A stretch of 64,000 nucleotides of DNA from a virus: IMG/VR virus record IMGVR_UViG_3300027917_000039; one strand, given 5' to 3'. The translations under genes were made by a program, and so were the position numbers. The number at the start of each line of letters is the position of its first letter. The first letter of the stretch is position 1. The notes under the pieces were generated by a model, which saw only the letters and a program-made list of their open reading frames with translations, searched no databases and was not told the DNA's origin. Positions 17,059 to 25,379 of this stretch are shown in pieces.

Positions 17059-17368
17059 ACCGAACCTCAACTTTCGTTGTGTCTGGAGGGGCGGGGCGAG
17101 GGATACCGGGCATCGGGATGAGAGTCTCATCCTTCAATCGGATCGCGTTGTGCCAGTTCTTGTCGGTGTATTTCTTCGGGTGCGTCCGCATTTCCCGCTT
17201 CTGCTCTTTGGTCAGAAAGTCCGGGCGAAAGGTGAACGCGCGGATCGTCTCGTGCGTGTGCCCGGTGAACTCTTCTGCGTGAGCCCACAGCCCAAGCACC
17301 TCAAGGTCGAACCGCTGCTGCTCGCGGAGAGCCTCGATCTTCGTCAGTGTTCTTTGAATTTCGTTCAT
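17048..17368 (-). CDS. hypothetical protein (first gene of operon, leaderless-type start)
   Basis: ATG of MNEIQRTL lies 5 nt after the TAGACT -10. Confidence 0.45.
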   Translation of the reverse strand: MNEIQRTLTKIEALREQQRFDLEVLGLWAHAEEFTGHTHETIRAFTFRPDFLTKEQKREMRTHPKKYTDKNWHNAIRLKDETLIPMPGIPRPAPPDTTKVEVRYVV

Positions 17369-17373
17369 ACTAA

Positions 17374-17402
17374 AGTCTACCACACAGACTGGCTGAAGTC
17401 AA
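17374..17402 (-). promoter_or_regulatory. phage early promoter copy 4: TTGACT-N17-TGGTAGACT
   Basis: Minus-strand read TTTCGACTTGACT-TCAGCCAGTCTGTGTGG-TAGACT-TTAGT-ATG. Confidence 0.55.
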
Positions 17403-17410
17403 GTCGAAAT

Positions 17411-17445
17411 GTGAAAAAGCGGCGGTCCCCATGAGAGACCGCCGC
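17411..17445 (-). terminator. rho-independent terminator (minus strand) directly upstream of promoter copy 4
   Basis: Perfect 9-bp GC stem GCGGCGGTC/GACCGCCGC with a 9-nt loop, followed on the minus strand by TTTTTCACATTT. Confidence 0.55.
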
Positions 17446-17505
17446 CGCACACCAGAGAGGAACTATCGTTACACGCAGCCAACCATACACACCCTCCAAA
17501 GGAAG

Positions 17506-18774
17506 CTAGATAGAAATGTCGTCCATGTCAACGAGCCGATAACGTCTCGGACCCTTCAGTTCGTAGTCACAGCGTAGCTTCACAGGAAGCCGCCATGTGA
17601 TGCCATACTTCTTGTTGACACCGTGAATGAGTTGGGACGGCTCAGTGAACCCGCCCAGCGAATTGTACGAGTACGCATCGCTTGCTGGCCACGCTCCGTT
17701 GATGAGCATTTCACCGTTCATCTCTGTTGTGCTGCCAGGGCGATGGAAGTGACCGCAGCAGTAATACCGCACGGGCACGCCCTGCCTGACATTCTCCAGC
17801 GCCATCATTCGGTGACGCCGCTTCTCCAGTCCGTACCAGGGAATGCCCAGGCTGGACCGAACATCATCGCCGTGGAAGATGTGGAAACCCACGCCGTCGA
17901 TGTCTACGTTGCAAGAGAAGGCGTTGGGGATGCAGAAGTTGATGTTGGGGATGTCTCTGCAATACATCCGAGCCGTCGTGGCAATCAGGTAGTCCCAGTT
18001 GTCGTGGGCACCGTGGTAATCCTTCTTGTTGCTCCGGCGACCGTGGTTGCCCGGCACGCAGACCACATTGATCTGTTCAAAGTACGGGGCAAGATCGCGG
18101 AACATCAGGGCTTGCAACTGCCCGATCGCGTGGCAGTTCTTGAAGCAGTTGCGGAAGTAGGACCGCTGTGCTGCCCCGTGAATCTCACCGCTCGTGTGGT
18201 CGCCGTAGGACAGCACGGTGAGTGAGGGGAACCGGAACTGCGGAGCCAGCGTCTGCTGGGTCCACTTGAGCGTCACGTCGATCAGCCGCTCGGCACGCGC
18301 CATCGCGATGGGGAAGTTGTACATCTCCAACCCACCAGTATCATCGTGCGTGATTACTTGATCGAAGTGACCGTCGGACAGGTGCATGACAAGGTGCTCG
18401 GACATCGTGTCGTCGCCTGGGACGAAGTTCTTGCGAGCGGCTGGCAAAGCTGGAATCGGTTTGATTCGCTCTTCCATCTCATCTTCGATCGCCTTGAACA
18501 AGCCGTGCGTCTTCGCTGCTTGCTGCAACTGACGCTTGGCTAGGTTCCGCTCTTCGCGAAGATGCGCGACTTCGGCTTGCAGCGAGAAGATTTGTCGGTC
18601 TTCATCGCTCACCTCGCACGGGGCTTTCACGTCCCGATGGACCCGCCCACACGCGATGTCGCTGATAACAGAGCGGCTGACTCCAAACTTCTCGCCGATC
18701 TGTTTCTGTGTCAATTCCTTTCGAGCGAGCGCGTCCTTGATGTGCCCGACTTGATCCTTTGCCAGCTTGGTCAT
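17506..18774 (-). CDS. HTH domain fused to calcineurin-like metallophosphoesterase
   Basis: N-terminal HTH LTQKQIGEKFGVSRSVISDIACGR, a coiled-coil linker, then phosphoesterase motifs HLSDGHFD, GDH, GNHGRR, HIFHGDD, GHFH. Confidence 0.6.
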   Translation of the reverse strand: MTKLAKDQVGHIKDALARKELTQKQIGEKFGVSRSVISDIACGRVHRDVKAPCEVSDEDRQIFSLQAEVAHLREERNLAKRQLQQAAKTHGLFKAIEDEMEERIKPIPALPAARKNFVPGDDTMSEHLVMHLSDGHFDQVITHDDTGGLEMYNFPIAMARAERLIDVTLKWTQQTLAPQFRFPSLTVLSYGDHTSGEIHGAAQRSYFRNCFKNCHAIGQLQALMFRDLAPYFEQINVVCVPGNHGRRSNKKDYHGAHDNWDYLIATTARMYCRDIPNINFCIPNAFSCNVDIDGVGFHIFHGDDVRSSLGIPWYGLEKRRHRMMALENVRQGVPVRYYCCGHFHRPGSTTEMNGEMLINGAWPASDAYSYNSLGGFTEPSQLIHGVNKKYGITWRLPVKLRCDYELKGPRRYRLVDMDDISI

Positions 18775-20646
18775 TTAGTCCTCTCCAATGCTCACGGTGT
18801 TGTAGAATGGATGGTTCTCGATGATATAGTCGATAGCATCCTTGAAGTACGTGCCCTCCAGCGTGAAGAGCCTTTCCTTGAGATTGATGTCGGCGAGGTG
18901 TGCTCTCTGCCGTTTCAACTCATCAGGGTTCGTAATCAACTCGACCGACTTGGCAATCAATGCCTGCGGGTCTTCAAAGTTGTTGTACGACATATCAACG
19001 CGGTCGTTGAGGTACATTCCCGCGCGATTGTAGAAGCGATCACCCACCAGCGTCAGGAATGGAATGCCCATCCACAGGGACTCCACTAGGACGTTGTAGC
19101 AACCGAACGGGAATGAGTTGAGAGCAAAGTCATGCTTCTCAGCCTCCCGCATGTAGTCGACATACTCCCACTGCGAATGAACGTACGCATTGGGAAGCAG
19201 GCGGGTCACTTCTCGAATGAACGGAGGCAACGCAGCGTAGCGGTTCAGTCCGGGCGACCCGAAGAGATGAAACTCGTGGGTCGTTTCGGGGTTGACTTGC
19301 AACGCACGCTTGTTGATCTCAGCCAACATGGTGAGCAGCGTGTGGTTGTACTTGTCCGGTCCCCAGACACAGTTGATCCGGACGACGCCGTCGTCAACGT
19401 AGTTGTGCTGTCGCTCGACACTTGGCCACGCAGGCTCTTGTGCCAAGCCGGGGATGAGCACCCGTGTCTCTGAGTAGGCGGCATCGGCATCCTTCTCCAC
19501 CTGTCCGCAGATGAAGTAGTCAATCTCGTTGCCGTCACCCGTCGTGTCTGGGTGCCCGTATCCCACGACTTGTATCGGAGCCATGCGAAAGTTCGACATC
19601 CAGATCGACTCGTCCGACATTCCGATGTCGGGGAAGTAGACCAGTTGGTAGTCGTTCTTCAGCACTTCGTCTGGAATCCGCAACTGCCCTTCACGGGTGA
19701 AGTAGGCGTGGTGAACTTCATCGAAGTAATCTGTCACCATCGTTGACGGCACCAAGTCTGGCGGGTTTGTCCAGATCAGGGTCAACTTGTAGTGCTCGCG
19801 AAGCTGTTCGAGCAACGGACCCTGCGACTTGTACACCGCGTGGTTGCGATGCCACCGCTCGGTGACGATCGCGATCGACTTCGGGTTGGGGTTATTCTCG
19901 AACGGCGGTGCAGTGCCCTTGGATTTGATCCCCTTGTTGATGATGCTCTTTACTCGCCGGACGGCGTTCTGATTGTGGTACGTGCATCCAAAGTACAGAC
20001 CGGACAGGCTCTGATGCGGCGGGACAAACCGCTCGTCCATCAGTTCCAAGTGCCGATAGAAATTCTTCTGGATGTTGAACGTCGGTGACGACAGACCGAG
20101 CATGTAGCTCATGTACCAGAGCGAAGCGAGAGCGGGATCGCAGTCGAACAGTTTCTTCTGGTCGATTTGAATCTCGCAACGCGGGTTGAGCAGTGACATC
20201 ATCTTGCCGACGTTGTTCTCGATGCCAAGCGAGGCGTCGAGTGCGGCATCGGTAGTCCGCATCGAACTGGACGCGAAGATGCTCTGTAAGACGTGCCCCA
20301 ACTGGATCAACTGAATTGCCGATTTTCCAACCGGGTAGAAATCTACGCGCGAGACAGCCATCGAATACGTGAAGCAAAAGTCATTCAGCTTCACGATCGC
20401 AGAGTTGCCGAATCGCATGTAGTGGTGCATCTCGAAGTAATGCAAGAAGTGAACGAAGTCATCCCACAGAGTGACATCGAGGTCCGCGATCTTGCGCATC
20501 GCCTTCCTGACATCGAGGGTCGGGATGTCTTGCTGCGGGTCTTTTGGCCACGCAACACAACACCCGTCGACCTTCTTGGACTTCACTACCTGCCGCTTGC
20601 GGCGGTTACGAGCTAACTCTTTCTCACGCTTCTTCGTTCTTGCCAA
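18775..20646 (-). CDS. GT41-family (OGT-like) glycosyltransferase
   Basis: RMAPIQVVGYGHPDTTGDGNEIDYFICGQVE...YSETRVLIP aligns with the OGT catalytic-region signature RPAPIQ..LGYPGTSG..MDYIITD...YSEKL. Has a basic N-terminal tail. Confidence 0.6.
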   Translation of the reverse strand: MARTKKREKELARNRRKRQVVKSKKVDGCCVAWPKDPQQDIPTLDVRKAMRKIADLDVTLWDDFVHFLHYFEMHHYMRFGNSAIVKLNDFCFTYSMAVSRVDFYPVGKSAIQLIQLGHVLQSIFASSSMRTTDAALDASLGIENNVGKMMSLLNPRCEIQIDQKKLFDCDPALASLWYMSYMLGLSSPTFNIQKNFYRHLELMDERFVPPHQSLSGLYFGCTYHNQNAVRRVKSIINKGIKSKGTAPPFENNPNPKSIAIVTERWHRNHAVYKSQGPLLEQLREHYKLTLIWTNPPDLVPSTMVTDYFDEVHHAYFTREGQLRIPDEVLKNDYQLVYFPDIGMSDESIWMSNFRMAPIQVVGYGHPDTTGDGNEIDYFICGQVEKDADAAYSETRVLIPGLAQEPAWPSVERQHNYVDDGVVRINCVWGPDKYNHTLLTMLAEINKRALQVNPETTHEFHLFGSPGLNRYAALPPFIREVTRLLPNAYVHSQWEYVDYMREAEKHDFALNSFPFGCYNVLVESLWMGIPFLTLVGDRFYNRAGMYLNDRVDMSYNNFEDPQALIAKSVELITNPDELKRQRAHLADINLKERLFTLEGTYFKDAIDYIIENHPFYNTVSIGED

Positions 20647-21808
20647 GAGGCACCTCCACGAGTTTGCCGAACTCGAATTTCAAGAGACCTTTGCATTCAA
20701 TCCCCAGCTTGATGATTTCGTCTCGGATGTCGAGCGATCGCCAGGACGTGGTGCATATGATATAGTCAACGGGGAATTTCTTCAACGCTGTCGGAGAGAC
20801 CATCGGAATCTTCGTGCCGGGCACGCAGAATCCCCATTTCTCTTCGTGGCTGTCAACCACGAGAGTGGTATCCGGCAGCTTGAACTTGTTGATGAACATG
20901 GCGGACTTTCCACCGCCGCCCCACAGCGCGACCCTGTCGGTCGTGTTCACCAACCAGCTACGCACTTCGTCGATCTTGGCTTGAGCCCGCTTGTACTTGA
21001 ACAGGATTTGATCAACCGTCAAACCCTTGGTCCGCTTGGGCTCCAGCTTCGCCATCGCGACGATCACTTCACCACCATACGTGGTGGCTGCGTGAGAGAA
21101 CTCAATCCCGCACGCGCGGAACAGCTTCATCATGCTGAGCACAGTGAAGTGTTGTGGGTGCTCGTACGTCCAGTCTTCGATGCGGCATTTCTTCAATGCC
21201 TCTTGACAGCACGGGACTTCGATGAGCAGGATTGTGTCTTGGGCTCGCTTCTCAGCCATCCGGACAATCGGCTCGATGAACTCGCGCGGATTCTCCATGT
21301 GCTCCAGAAGGTGCCGCATGATGATCACCAACTTACCGCCGTCCAGCGGGATGTGCTGCTTCGGGTCGAAGTGCTCGCGGTAGTATTGGATGCCCAACTC
21401 TTCCGCTCGCTCGACTGCCTCGCACGGGTCGATCGCGATCTTGATCGCGTCGGTGTTGATCCGGTTGAGGAACTCGCAGTCGCCCGCACCGACTTCGATG
21501 ATCAATTCAACGTCTTCGATTTCTTCGACTTGCTTGACCGTTACCTCAACGTGCCTCTGCCAGCCGCTCCCACTATTGTACATGCGACAGCCAGCGGCTG
21601 CGTACGATACGTGGTTCGGATTGAAGTCGATGTTGTGGACGTGCCCGCAGTTTCGGCAGATCGCCAATCGGATTCGGTGGCGTTCCAACGATGCAGACTG
21701 CAACGGGTCGCGCTGCAATGCCACAAGAGACATCGGCTGGCTGCCCATGTCGAACAACACTTCTTGGTCTGTCGATTGACAGGCAGGGCAACATTGGATA
21801 TAACTCAT
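20624..21808 (-). CDS. SAM-dependent C-methyltransferase, TcaB9/TylCIII-like (Zn-ribbon + class I MTase + C-terminal domain)
   Basis: N-terminal CPAC...CRNC zinc ribbon, motif I LIIEVGAGDCEFL, about 390 aa with a three-domain architecture typical of sugar C-methyltransferases. Confidence 0.55.
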   Translation of the reverse strand: MSYIQCCPACQSTDQEVLFDMGSQPMSLVALQRDPLQSASLERHRIRLAICRNCGHVHNIDFNPNHVSYAAAGCRMYNSGSGWQRHVEVTVKQVEEIEDVELIIEVGAGDCEFLNRINTDAIKIAIDPCEAVERAEELGIQYYREHFDPKQHIPLDGGKLVIIMRHLLEHMENPREFIEPIVRMAEKRAQDTILLIEVPCCQEALKKCRIEDWTYEHPQHFTVLSMMKLFRACGIEFSHAATTYGGEVIVAMAKLEPKRTKGLTVDQILFKYKRAQAKIDEVRSWLVNTTDRVALWGGGGKSAMFINKFKLPDTTLVVDSHEEKWGFCVPGTKIPMVSPTALKKFPVDYIICTTSWRSLDIRDEIIKLGIECKGLLKFEFGKLVEVPLGKNEEA

Positions 21809-21969
21809 CGCATCTCCCGGTCTTCAAGTTCAGTGTCAACAATCAGGATCGGTCCCTGACTTGTGTCTTGTACTTCGACGATTGCGTGTTGTACGCCGTC
21901 GATCTCGACGACCACCTCACCGTCATCGCGGCAGAGTTCCAGGTCGTCGAGCAGTTCGCTAAGTAGCAT
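21805..21969 (-). CDS. hypothetical small acidic protein
   Basis: Starts MLLSELLDDL, coupled to the methyltransferase start. Confidence 0.35.
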   Translation of the reverse strand: MLLSELLDDLELCRDDGEVVVEIDGVQHAIVEVQDTSQGPILIVDTELEDREMR

Positions 21970-22342
21970 TTTCCAATTCTCCAAATAATGGGATGACGTA
22001 TACGCCGTAGTCTTCGTGATCACACCACTCTTTGATGTCGATCTCATCTTCCGGACCATGCACCAACAGCTTAGGCAACTTCAAACCATCCAAGGCTGAC
22101 ACCAGCCTGCGAACGTAAAAGAAGCCAAGCGACTTCTCATTCAGCTTGACATCGACAAGTTCACCGGCTTCGGTCGCCAGCACCTGGACTTCGATCGCTT
22201 CGATTCCGTACTCCCGATCCGCCTTCACGGTCAGGTTTTCCAGAATCCACTGAATGCCTTCGTTTGCCGGACACGTCCCGACAGTGTACAAGTCGAGACC
22301 TTCGGGGACCGACAACACACCAACCACTCGCGCGTCACTCAT
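21959..22342 (-). CDS. hypothetical protein
   Basis: Starts MSDARVVGV and overlaps the SNF2 gene stop. Confidence 0.4.
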   Translation of the reverse strand: MSDARVVGVLSVPEGLDLYTVGTCPANEGIQWILENLTVKADREYGIEAIEVQVLATEAGELVDVKLNEKSLGFFYVRRLVSALDGLKLPKLLVHGPEDEIDIKEWCDHEDYGVYVIPLFGELENAT

Positions 22343-24257
22343 CGCACATCTCCTGAAATTCACCAAGCGTCATTTGTTCAAGCCGACGGTTGTCACGCAA
22401 CACGCCGAGAACCTTACGGTCAGTACCAAGATGGAACAGGTCGACAATCGTCGCTCCCTTGTTCTCATCCATTCCCGGTCGGTGGATTCGGTCTTCAGCT
22501 TGCGAGCGAGACTCAGGCATGAAATCGTTCGAGTAGAACACCGCCATGCGAGCCTCAGTCAAGGTCAGTCCCATTCCTCCAGACGCCGGGTGCGCTACAA
22601 ACGCCACCCGCTCTTTCGTCATATCTGCCCAGTAGTCAAGGGGCTTGCACTGCTTCGCAGTGATCTTTGTGCCGTCGGCTGGCATCACTTTCCAGCCGCG
22701 ACCGTCAACCTTCACCACGTCCCAATGCTGCTTGTGGCAGAGGCTGATGATTCTGTCTACCGATCCCTGGAAGCCAGCGAAGATCACGAGACGCCCCTGG
22801 TCTTCGTTCTCTTCCAGCAGATCGCGTATAGCCTGATCCTTCGGCGTGTTGATCTGTTTCGTTTCCCGAACCATGTTCGGAACTTCACCCACACCGTCAC
22901 AATAACTGCACGGTCCGAGCCGCTTCTCGTAATGGTCCAGGTCATCTTGAGCGTCTACGTCGACCTTCTCACCATCGAAGTACCAGTCTTCCTTTTGTCC
23001 TTTTCCCTTGCAGACGGGGCACGAGATGGTGGGTTTCTTCTCGTCCTGCTTCTCGCGATACTGGAACCCGTCGCTCAGTTCACGCAGCCACGTCAATCCT
23101 TGAATCGCGGATATGGCGGATTTGGCCAGCGCTTTAGCCACTCGTTTAAGCGTGGATGTGGGTTCAAGTTCGACGACTCGATAGTTCTTGTCCGGTATGT
23201 CGAGGCAGTCTTTCTTCTTGAGGGTGACGACCAAACCTTCGAGTCGATCGTGAAGGAAGGCGACCTCGTTCTTTGAGGGTACGAAGTCGTGGTTTCCTTC
23301 GCCTCCGCCGAACAGAATAGCGTCTTCATCCATGACATGATTCGCATGATCGGCGTACTCACCGCATATATCACATTTGTTCTCGTCATCTCTCCACGTC
23401 TTTCGTTTCCAGAACTCTCCGGCATCGGTCATCTGCTTCTCGAAGATGGCGAGCCGGAACTCAAATGCCTTGTCGCTTCCTTCCTTGATGAAGCCTGGGT
23501 ATGCGATCTCACACTGTGCCCACCAGTCGACGGGCGATTTGGGCGAGGGCGTGCCGGACATGAGAATCACGTATCCATCCCAGCCATGCTCCCTCCGGAT
23601 CGAATCCGCCAGATGGGCAGCCGCGCGGGTCCGCTTGGCGTTCCACGTCTTGAGCCGGGACGACTCGTCGAAGATCACACCAACGGGCGCAGGTCGTCCC
23701 TTCTCCCACTTCTCGATCTCGATCCTCAGACGGTCGTACGTCATGAGGTTGGGCATTACCTTCAAGCCCCATTTGACAAACTCCCGTTCAACTGCGGCGA
23801 GACCTGACTTGGGGGCAACCCACCACCAGTCAGTGACGCCAGACTTTTCCATGAGTTCGATGGCTGCCAGGGTCTTACCGACGCCCATTTCAGCAGCCCA
23901 GATTTGGTAGTGGTAGGTGAGCCCTTGGTCGGCGAGCATCTTCTGGTGGTCGAACAGCGGGCGGGTGTAGCCGAAGTTTCTCAGCGGCTGCTCCCAATTC
24001 TCGTAGGGGTTGCCGCCCTGCATGTAGTCAAGCTGGAAGTTGTTCCGGCAGCAGTCTTCGACCGACCATATCTTTCGGTTGTCATCAGGTATGAAGCCGT
24101 GCCAGCGGGAGCCTCGCATCGCCTTGATCTCACCCTTCAACGCGAACGGTGACTTCAGGAAGTAGATGCGACTGCCGTCACGCTCTATCGTGGCGGGAAC
24201 CTTGAGCAAGGTTCCTTTCTTTGTCTCTGTGATCAGTTTGATTTCTTCAATCGTCAT
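22335..24257 (-). CDS. SNF2/Rad54-family ATPase (helicase-like) with an inserted DnaJ-type zinc finger
   Basis: Walker A AAEMGVGKT, DExx IFDESSRL, SGTP, helicase C GGMGLTLTEARMAVF...QAEDRIHRPGM. Insertions CDICGE...H..H and CPVCKGKG...CSYCDGVG. Confidence 0.8.
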   Translation of the reverse strand: MTIEEIKLITETKKGTLLKVPATIERDGSRIYFLKSPFALKGEIKAMRGSRWHGFIPDDNRKIWSVEDCCRNNFQLDYMQGGNPYENWEQPLRNFGYTRPLFDHQKMLADQGLTYHYQIWAAEMGVGKTLAAIELMEKSGVTDWWWVAPKSGLAAVEREFVKWGLKVMPNLMTYDRLRIEIEKWEKGRPAPVGVIFDESSRLKTWNAKRTRAAAHLADSIRREHGWDGYVILMSGTPSPKSPVDWWAQCEIAYPGFIKEGSDKAFEFRLAIFEKQMTDAGEFWKRKTWRDDENKCDICGEYADHANHVMDEDAILFGGGEGNHDFVPSKNEVAFLHDRLEGLVVTLKKKDCLDIPDKNYRVVELEPTSTLKRVAKALAKSAISAIQGLTWLRELSDGFQYREKQDEKKPTISCPVCKGKGQKEDWYFDGEKVDVDAQDDLDHYEKRLGPCSYCDGVGEVPNMVRETKQINTPKDQAIRDLLEENEDQGRLVIFAGFQGSVDRIISLCHKQHWDVVKVDGRGWKVMPADGTKITAKQCKPLDYWADMTKERVAFVAHPASGGMGLTLTEARMAVFYSNDFMPESRSQAEDRIHRPGMDENKGATIVDLFHLGTDRKVLGVLRDNRRLEQMTLGEFQEMCDE

Positions 24258-24263
24258 ATCTAA

Positions 24264-24292
24264 AGTCTACCACATTATGCTGTGCAAGTCAA
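24264..24292 (-). promoter_or_regulatory. phage early promoter copy 5: TTGACT-N17-TGGTAGACT
   Basis: Minus-strand read GCATTTGACT-TGCACAGCATAATGTGG-TAGACT-TTAGAT-ATG (SNF2 start). Confidence 0.55.
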
Positions 24293-24296
24293 ATGC

Positions 24297-24809
24297 TTAC
24301 GGATGATATTCCAGAAGAAATGTGTGGTCGCGGTTGTGAGGTTTGGATTTGAAATCGAAAGCCGACGCCAATCCGATGTTCTTGAACTCGGTAAAGATCA
24401 GGTTGTACGTGTGCCGAACCTCCCGGCTGACTTCCTTCTGGCACCCACGCAGAATCGCGGCGTGCCACTGTAGGAGTGTGCCAGCAATGAACCCGACGAA
24501 GATGCCCCGCTCGATGGACTCCACCATGACGGTTGGCATCCCTGCCACCTCCAGAATCTCAGCCCAGTCCCGCTCGTCAGCGGCGATGATGAAGCCCGCA
24601 TGGAATAGCCCAAGGATGGGCTTGATGTCGTTCGCCGACTTTGCGTTCGGGTTCTTCATCGCCGCGATACACAGCATGTGATGCAACGGAGGTTCGTGAC
24701 CGGCAGAGTCAGCCGCATCAGCGAGATTTCGATCAAGCGACTGCCGACCAAGAGGCAGGAACTTCCGCGTATCGAGACTGGAAAACTGGACGAGAGCAAC
24801 TCCGCTCAT
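24297..24809 (-). CDS. hypothetical protein
   Basis: 170-aa ORF whose stop lies 4 nt before the promoter -35. Confidence 0.45.
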   Translation of the reverse strand: MSGVALVQFSSLDTRKFLPLGRQSLDRNLADAADSAGHEPPLHHMLCIAAMKNPNAKSANDIKPILGLFHAGFIIAADERDWAEILEVAGMPTVMVESIERGIFVGFIAGTLLQWHAAILRGCQKEVSREVRHTYNLIFTEFKNIGLASAFDFKSKPHNRDHTFLLEYHP

Positions 24810-25108
24810 TACTCACCTTTGATCCCTAGCCACTGGTTGCTGAAATCCATTAGAGCCGCGTTCGGACAAGCACCACGACCCACCAGCTTCGAGCCGTCAT
24901 GGAACTCAGCCACGGCGACCCATTCGAGCCCGTCATGGGACATCCGGGGGATATAGTGGCGGTGCGGGAGTGTCTGCATTTGGTAGATAGCCCTGCGGGC
25001 TTCCGCTTCCTCCAACTCCACCTTGGCTGTCTGCGCCTTCAGGCTCTCCGCTTCCTCTCTGAACCGGAGGATAGTGTCCGAATCTTTCATGGAACTGGGA
25101 GCCATGCT
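24809..25108 (-). CDS. hypothetical protein, C-terminal half of a possible frameshifted gene
   Basis: Good coding quality begins at MAPSSMKDSDTILRF. Its upstream part in this frame is junk-like. Confidence 0.35.
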   Translation of the reverse strand, partial: SMAPSSMKDSDTILRFREEAESLKAQTAKVELEEAEARRAIYQMQTLPHRHYIPRMSHDGLEWVAVAEFHDGSKLVGRGACPNAALMDFSNQWLGIKGE

Positions 25109-25307
25109 TGACAGCAAAGAGAGCAGCCCAGACAGCGTTTCCCACTGCTGCGGCGTCAAATGGTGGGTTGATAACGTAGTTGGACATGATGTTGTCCCGC
25201 CGCGCGACCAGGGAGAGGACGCCACTTTCATCAGCGATTTCAAAAGTCGTACCATTTTGCGCACACCACCTTAACGTCTTTTCCAGGTCGTAGTCGAGTT
25301 CACTCAT
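24933..25307 (-). CDS. hypothetical protein, N-terminal half of a possible frameshifted gene
   Basis: Good coding quality from MSELDYD to ...FHERFGHYPP, then a P/G-rich junk-like tail reading through the other ORF. Confidence 0.35.
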   Translation of the reverse strand: MSELDYDLEKTLRWCAQNGTTFEIADESGVLSLVARRDNIMSNYVINPPFDAAAVGNAVWAALFAVKHGSQFHERFGHYPPVQRGSGEPEGADSQGGVGGSGSPQGYLPNADTPAPPLYPPDVP

Positions 25308-25379
25308 TTGGGTCTCACAAAGGAACCTCCCGGCGGGCGACCGAGGAAATGCGCCCACCGGGAGGGAAGAGGCTGACGG

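Noticed and set aside
20471-21859. 462-aa plus-strand ORF antisense to the methyltransferase gene
   Set aside because: Same antisense artefact. No motifs, and the minus strand encodes a well-supported MTase.
22254-23276. 340-aa plus-strand ORF antisense to the SNF2 gene
   Set aside because: Antisense artefact. The minus strand has complete helicase motifs.
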